Assembly (NCBI GenBank): GCA_038208905.1
Contig: JBBQYG010000136.1
Location: 1 to 11,165, forward strand
Source of the DNA: Candidatus Sumerlaeia bacterium
GTDB lineage: Bacteria > Sumerlaeota > Sumerlaeia > SLMS01
Direction of reading: 5' to 3'
Length of the DNA stretch: 11,165 bases
Shown here in pieces: positions 9,062-11,165 of this stretch. Position 1 is the first letter of the stretch; each line of letters begins with the position of its first letter. The notes under the pieces are model-generated. The model was given only the letters and a program-made list of their open reading frames with translations. It did not search any database and was not told the DNA's origin. The position numbers and the translations under genes were made by a program.

Positions 9062-9940
9062 TTATTTTCCGCTCACCGCGTTATCCGTCTTTTTCGTAGT
9101 TCCCGTCTTCTCCGCCGTTCCCGCCTTTTTCCTCCCCACATACCTCCAATGCCACGGTTCCGAAATGTAGCCGGTCTCGGCCTCGTTGCGGGGATAGTAT
9201 GACCGGACGAAACCGAAGCGGGCGCCATTGTTCTCGAGCCATGCGCCGCCGTCGGTGCGGTCATAGGTGCGGGAAAAGAGGTGGCGTCCTTCGGGGTCCG
9301 TGAGGTCCAGAGTGGTACCAAGCTGGTGCTCGCTGTGGCCGGGCGGCGCGGAGAACCGCTGTGCCGGCGCGCGGCGCGTGTTGCGGCCGTAGATGTTTAT
9401 CTGCGTGGGGCCAGAACGGTAGGCGGAGGCAACCACGATGCCGACGCCGGACTCGCCCTTCGCAGCGGTGAGCATCGCGACGAGGGCGTCGCGAGCCTCT
9501 GATCGGAGGCGGTATCCGTCGCGGCTGTTGTTGCTGAACTCCGTGGGAACCTCCACCAAATCATCCGGCTCGTAGTCGAGCGGCACTCCCCACCAGCGGT
9601 TCACCACTTCGGTTCCGTAGGGGAGGTTCCCCTGGACGATGTTGCGTGGATGGACCCGGTGGATGGCGGAGCGCCGCAGAAAGGCGATTTCGCCATCGGC
9701 ATCGACCTTCAGCCACTCGATGTCCGTCTCGGGATCCACGAGCAGCTCCCCCGCCGCCCTGGTGCCGCGCATGATCTGGCCGGAGATCGTCGAAGTGAGG
9801 GAGTGCGTGGTGTGGAGGTCGGCGGTCTCTGTATAGACAGTCCAGGCCTCGGGGTCGCCATCTGCCTTGGAGCCGATGGCGGCGCCCGCGGCGGAGATCG
9901 CGACAGCCAGCATCGCCAGAATGAGCAATATCCGATTCAT
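9062..9940 (-). CDS. Secreted zinc D-alanyl-D-alanine carboxypeptidase, peptidase M15B (VanY/LdcB-like)
   Basis: Start reassigned to ATG 9940, which overlaps the upstream stop (TGATG); product 292 aa. Signal peptide MNRILLILAMLAVAISAAGAA. Motifs SAYRS, SAPPGHSEHQLGTTLD (SxHxxGxxxD) and EPWHWRYVG (ExxH). Confidence 0.93.
   Translation of the reverse strand: MNRILLILAMLAVAISAAGAAIGSKADGDPEAWTVYTETADLHTTHSLTSTISGQIMRGTRAAGELLVDPETDIEWLKVDADGEIAFLRRSAIHRVHPRNIVQGNLPYGTEVVNRWWGVPLDYEPDDLVEVPTEFSNNSRDGYRLRSEARDALVAMLTAAKGESGVGIVVASAYRSGPTQINIYGRNTRRAPAQRFSAPPGHSEHQLGTTLDLTDPEGRHLFSRTYDRTDGGAWLENNGARFGFVRSYYPRNEAETGYISEPWHWRYVGRKKAGTAEKTGTTKKTDNAVSGK
9077..9130 (-). repeat. Degenerate 9-bp tandem repeat, right arm in opposite orientation, inside the peptidase 3' end
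   Basis: The minus strand reads aaaaaggcg|ggaacggcg|gagaagacg|ggaactacg|aaaaagacg|gataacgcg, encoding KKA GTA EKT GTT KKT DNA. Bases 9099-9123 are the reverse complement of 8997-9021 at 23/25 positions. Confidence 0.8.
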
Positions 9941-11165
9941 CACGCCGACTTTCTGGAGCTGACAAGGGCCACTTTCTCGTCCGCCCCCAGGCTCTGCATT
10001 TCGATTCTTGCGACGCCGAGCATCTGGTTTGCCTCCACCAGCCCGGTCAAGTCCGCAATCTGGCCGGGCTTTACCAGAAACACATCGGGCATCACCATCC
10101 CCCCGTCGCCATACGTCGTCAGGGTATCCAGCCGCTTCTGGAGGATCGCCTCCACCTGCGAGGCCGCCACGTAGTCCACGAGCGCATCGGGCAGTTGCAA
10201 CCGCACGATCCCCTCCCGGTCGATCACGGCGATCGGCGTCCGCACCGTCGTTAGCAGGCCCAGAAGAATACGCTTCTCCTGTTCCGCCGTGAACACACGC
10301 ATCCACCCAGATTCGCTGATCATGCTGACTGCCGACGCGGGAGAACCGAAGACCTTGCCGGCCTTCTCCCTCAGATCGTCGTCGGAGGGAAGCTGGCCGC
10401 CCAGCAGGCGCGTGCGAAGCTCCGGCGTGCCGCGCGCCGTCGCGCTGACACGTTTCGTCTGGCGATCCACTTCAACAAGGACCTCGATGCTGCTCGAGTC
10501 GGCCCCCATCGCCTGCACCGAGTCGAACGCCTCGCGCCGGATCTGAATCAGATCCTGCTCGCTCGGGTTCATGATGGACCTCTCGACGGTGTCCTGGATG
10601 ATGCCGAGCGCCACGCCGATGGCGGAGATCACCTCGTTGTTGCGGGCGATTCGGTACTCCATCTTCATCTTGCGCGCCACATAGGGAACGATGGCCTCCG
10701 CTCCCCCGCCGCCGCCGACCAGCGTGACCTGCCGCTGGCCAAGCTTGTGCTCCTCCAGCATCCGCTTCACCACCGCGATCACGCGACGCGAGGCCACGTC
10801 CATCAACTTGTCGGCAAAGGCCACCGCCTCCATGCGGCACGTCTTGGCGACAGCCTCGAAGCACACGCGGATACTGGCCTCGTCGCCCTTCGCATATCCC
10901 GTCACCAAGCCCAGCAGATTCGACGCGCCCGTGGGCGTCAGCGTGATCGACGGCTTGGCCTCGCCGTTGATGCGCAGCGCCAGATAGTCCGCGGGATCGC
11001 CGTCGCGCGGCTGCACGTTGGCTACCTCCGCGCTGCGGATGTCCTTGGCGAATGCCTCGTATCCAAGGCCGGCGATGTGGGCGCTGCGCGGGCCGACGTC
11101 GATCAGGCGACCGCCCTTCACGCGAGCAATGGATCCGCCCGCGATGCCGACGGTCCGCACGTCCA
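9940..11165 (-). CDS. Hydantoinase/oxoprolinase (HyuA-like, actin-like ATPase fold) family protein, 5'-partial
   Basis: The frame is open to the window edge. Motifs DVRTVGIAGGS, VGPRSA, LTPTGASNLLG, LVGGGGGA and VISAIGVAL correspond to the Hydantoinase_A pattern. Stop TGA at 9942-9940. Confidence 0.8.
   Translation of the reverse strand, partial: DVRTVGIAGGSIARVKGGRLIDVGPRSAHIAGLGYEAFAKDIRSAEVANVQPRDGDPADYLALRINGEAKPSITLTPTGASNLLGLVTGYAKGDEASIRVCFEAVAKTCRMEAVAFADKLMDVASRRVIAVVKRMLEEHKLGQRQVTLVGGGGGAEAIVPYVARKMKMEYRIARNNEVISAIGVALGIIQDTVERSIMNPSEQDLIQIRREAFDSVQAMGADSSSIEVLVEVDRQTKRVSATARGTPELRTRLLGGQLPSDDDLREKAGKVFGSPASAVSMISESGWMRVFTAEQEKRILLGLLTTVRTPIAVIDREGIVRLQLPDALVDYVAASQVEAILQKRLDTLTTYGDGGMVMPDVFLVKPGQIADLTGLVEANQMLGVARIEMQSLGADEKVALVSSRKSA

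Noticed and set aside
8969..9147. Repeat region considered as a CRISPR array or a simple rho-independent terminator
   Set aside because: The units are contiguous 9-mers without spacers and no cas genes are present. There is no compact GC stem followed by a U-tract.
9062..9940. VanY-like gene as evidence of glycopeptide resistance
   Set aside because: No vanH/A/X/R/S genes are in the window, and M15B peptidases are common housekeeping cell-wall enzymes.

Overview
This is a GC-rich bacterial window with nine protein-coding genes and no recognisable RNA gene, CRISPR array, transposase or integrase. On the + strand, a translationally coupled four-gene envelope ABC module comprises a GldA-like ATPase (5' end outside the window), a GldF-like permease, a GldG/IFT52(GIFT)-like membrane protein and a multi-repeat DUF4340-like protein. 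It is followed by a Hanks-type Ser/Thr kinase with a C-terminal membrane anchor and no external sensor domain. After a 259-bp hairpin-rich gap comes an AlgI/PatA/DltB-type MBOAT acyltransferase ending in the FIYFQF tyrosine-shuttle motif, and a membrane-anchored SGNH-like partner. Converging on the - strand are a hydantoinase/oxoprolinase-family gene (5' end outside the window) and a coupled, secreted VanY/M15B D,D-carboxypeptidase. The most unusual structure is an imperfect palindrome of about 180 bp (8969-9147) at the convergent junction, built from two opposed arrays of degenerate 9-mers. Its right arm lies inside the peptidase gene and encodes the C-terminal tail. Family calls come from motifs read by eye; no database search was run. 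The sequence does not demonstrate a wholly new system, but the palindrome and the substrate-unknown MBOAT/SGNH pair deserve follow-up.
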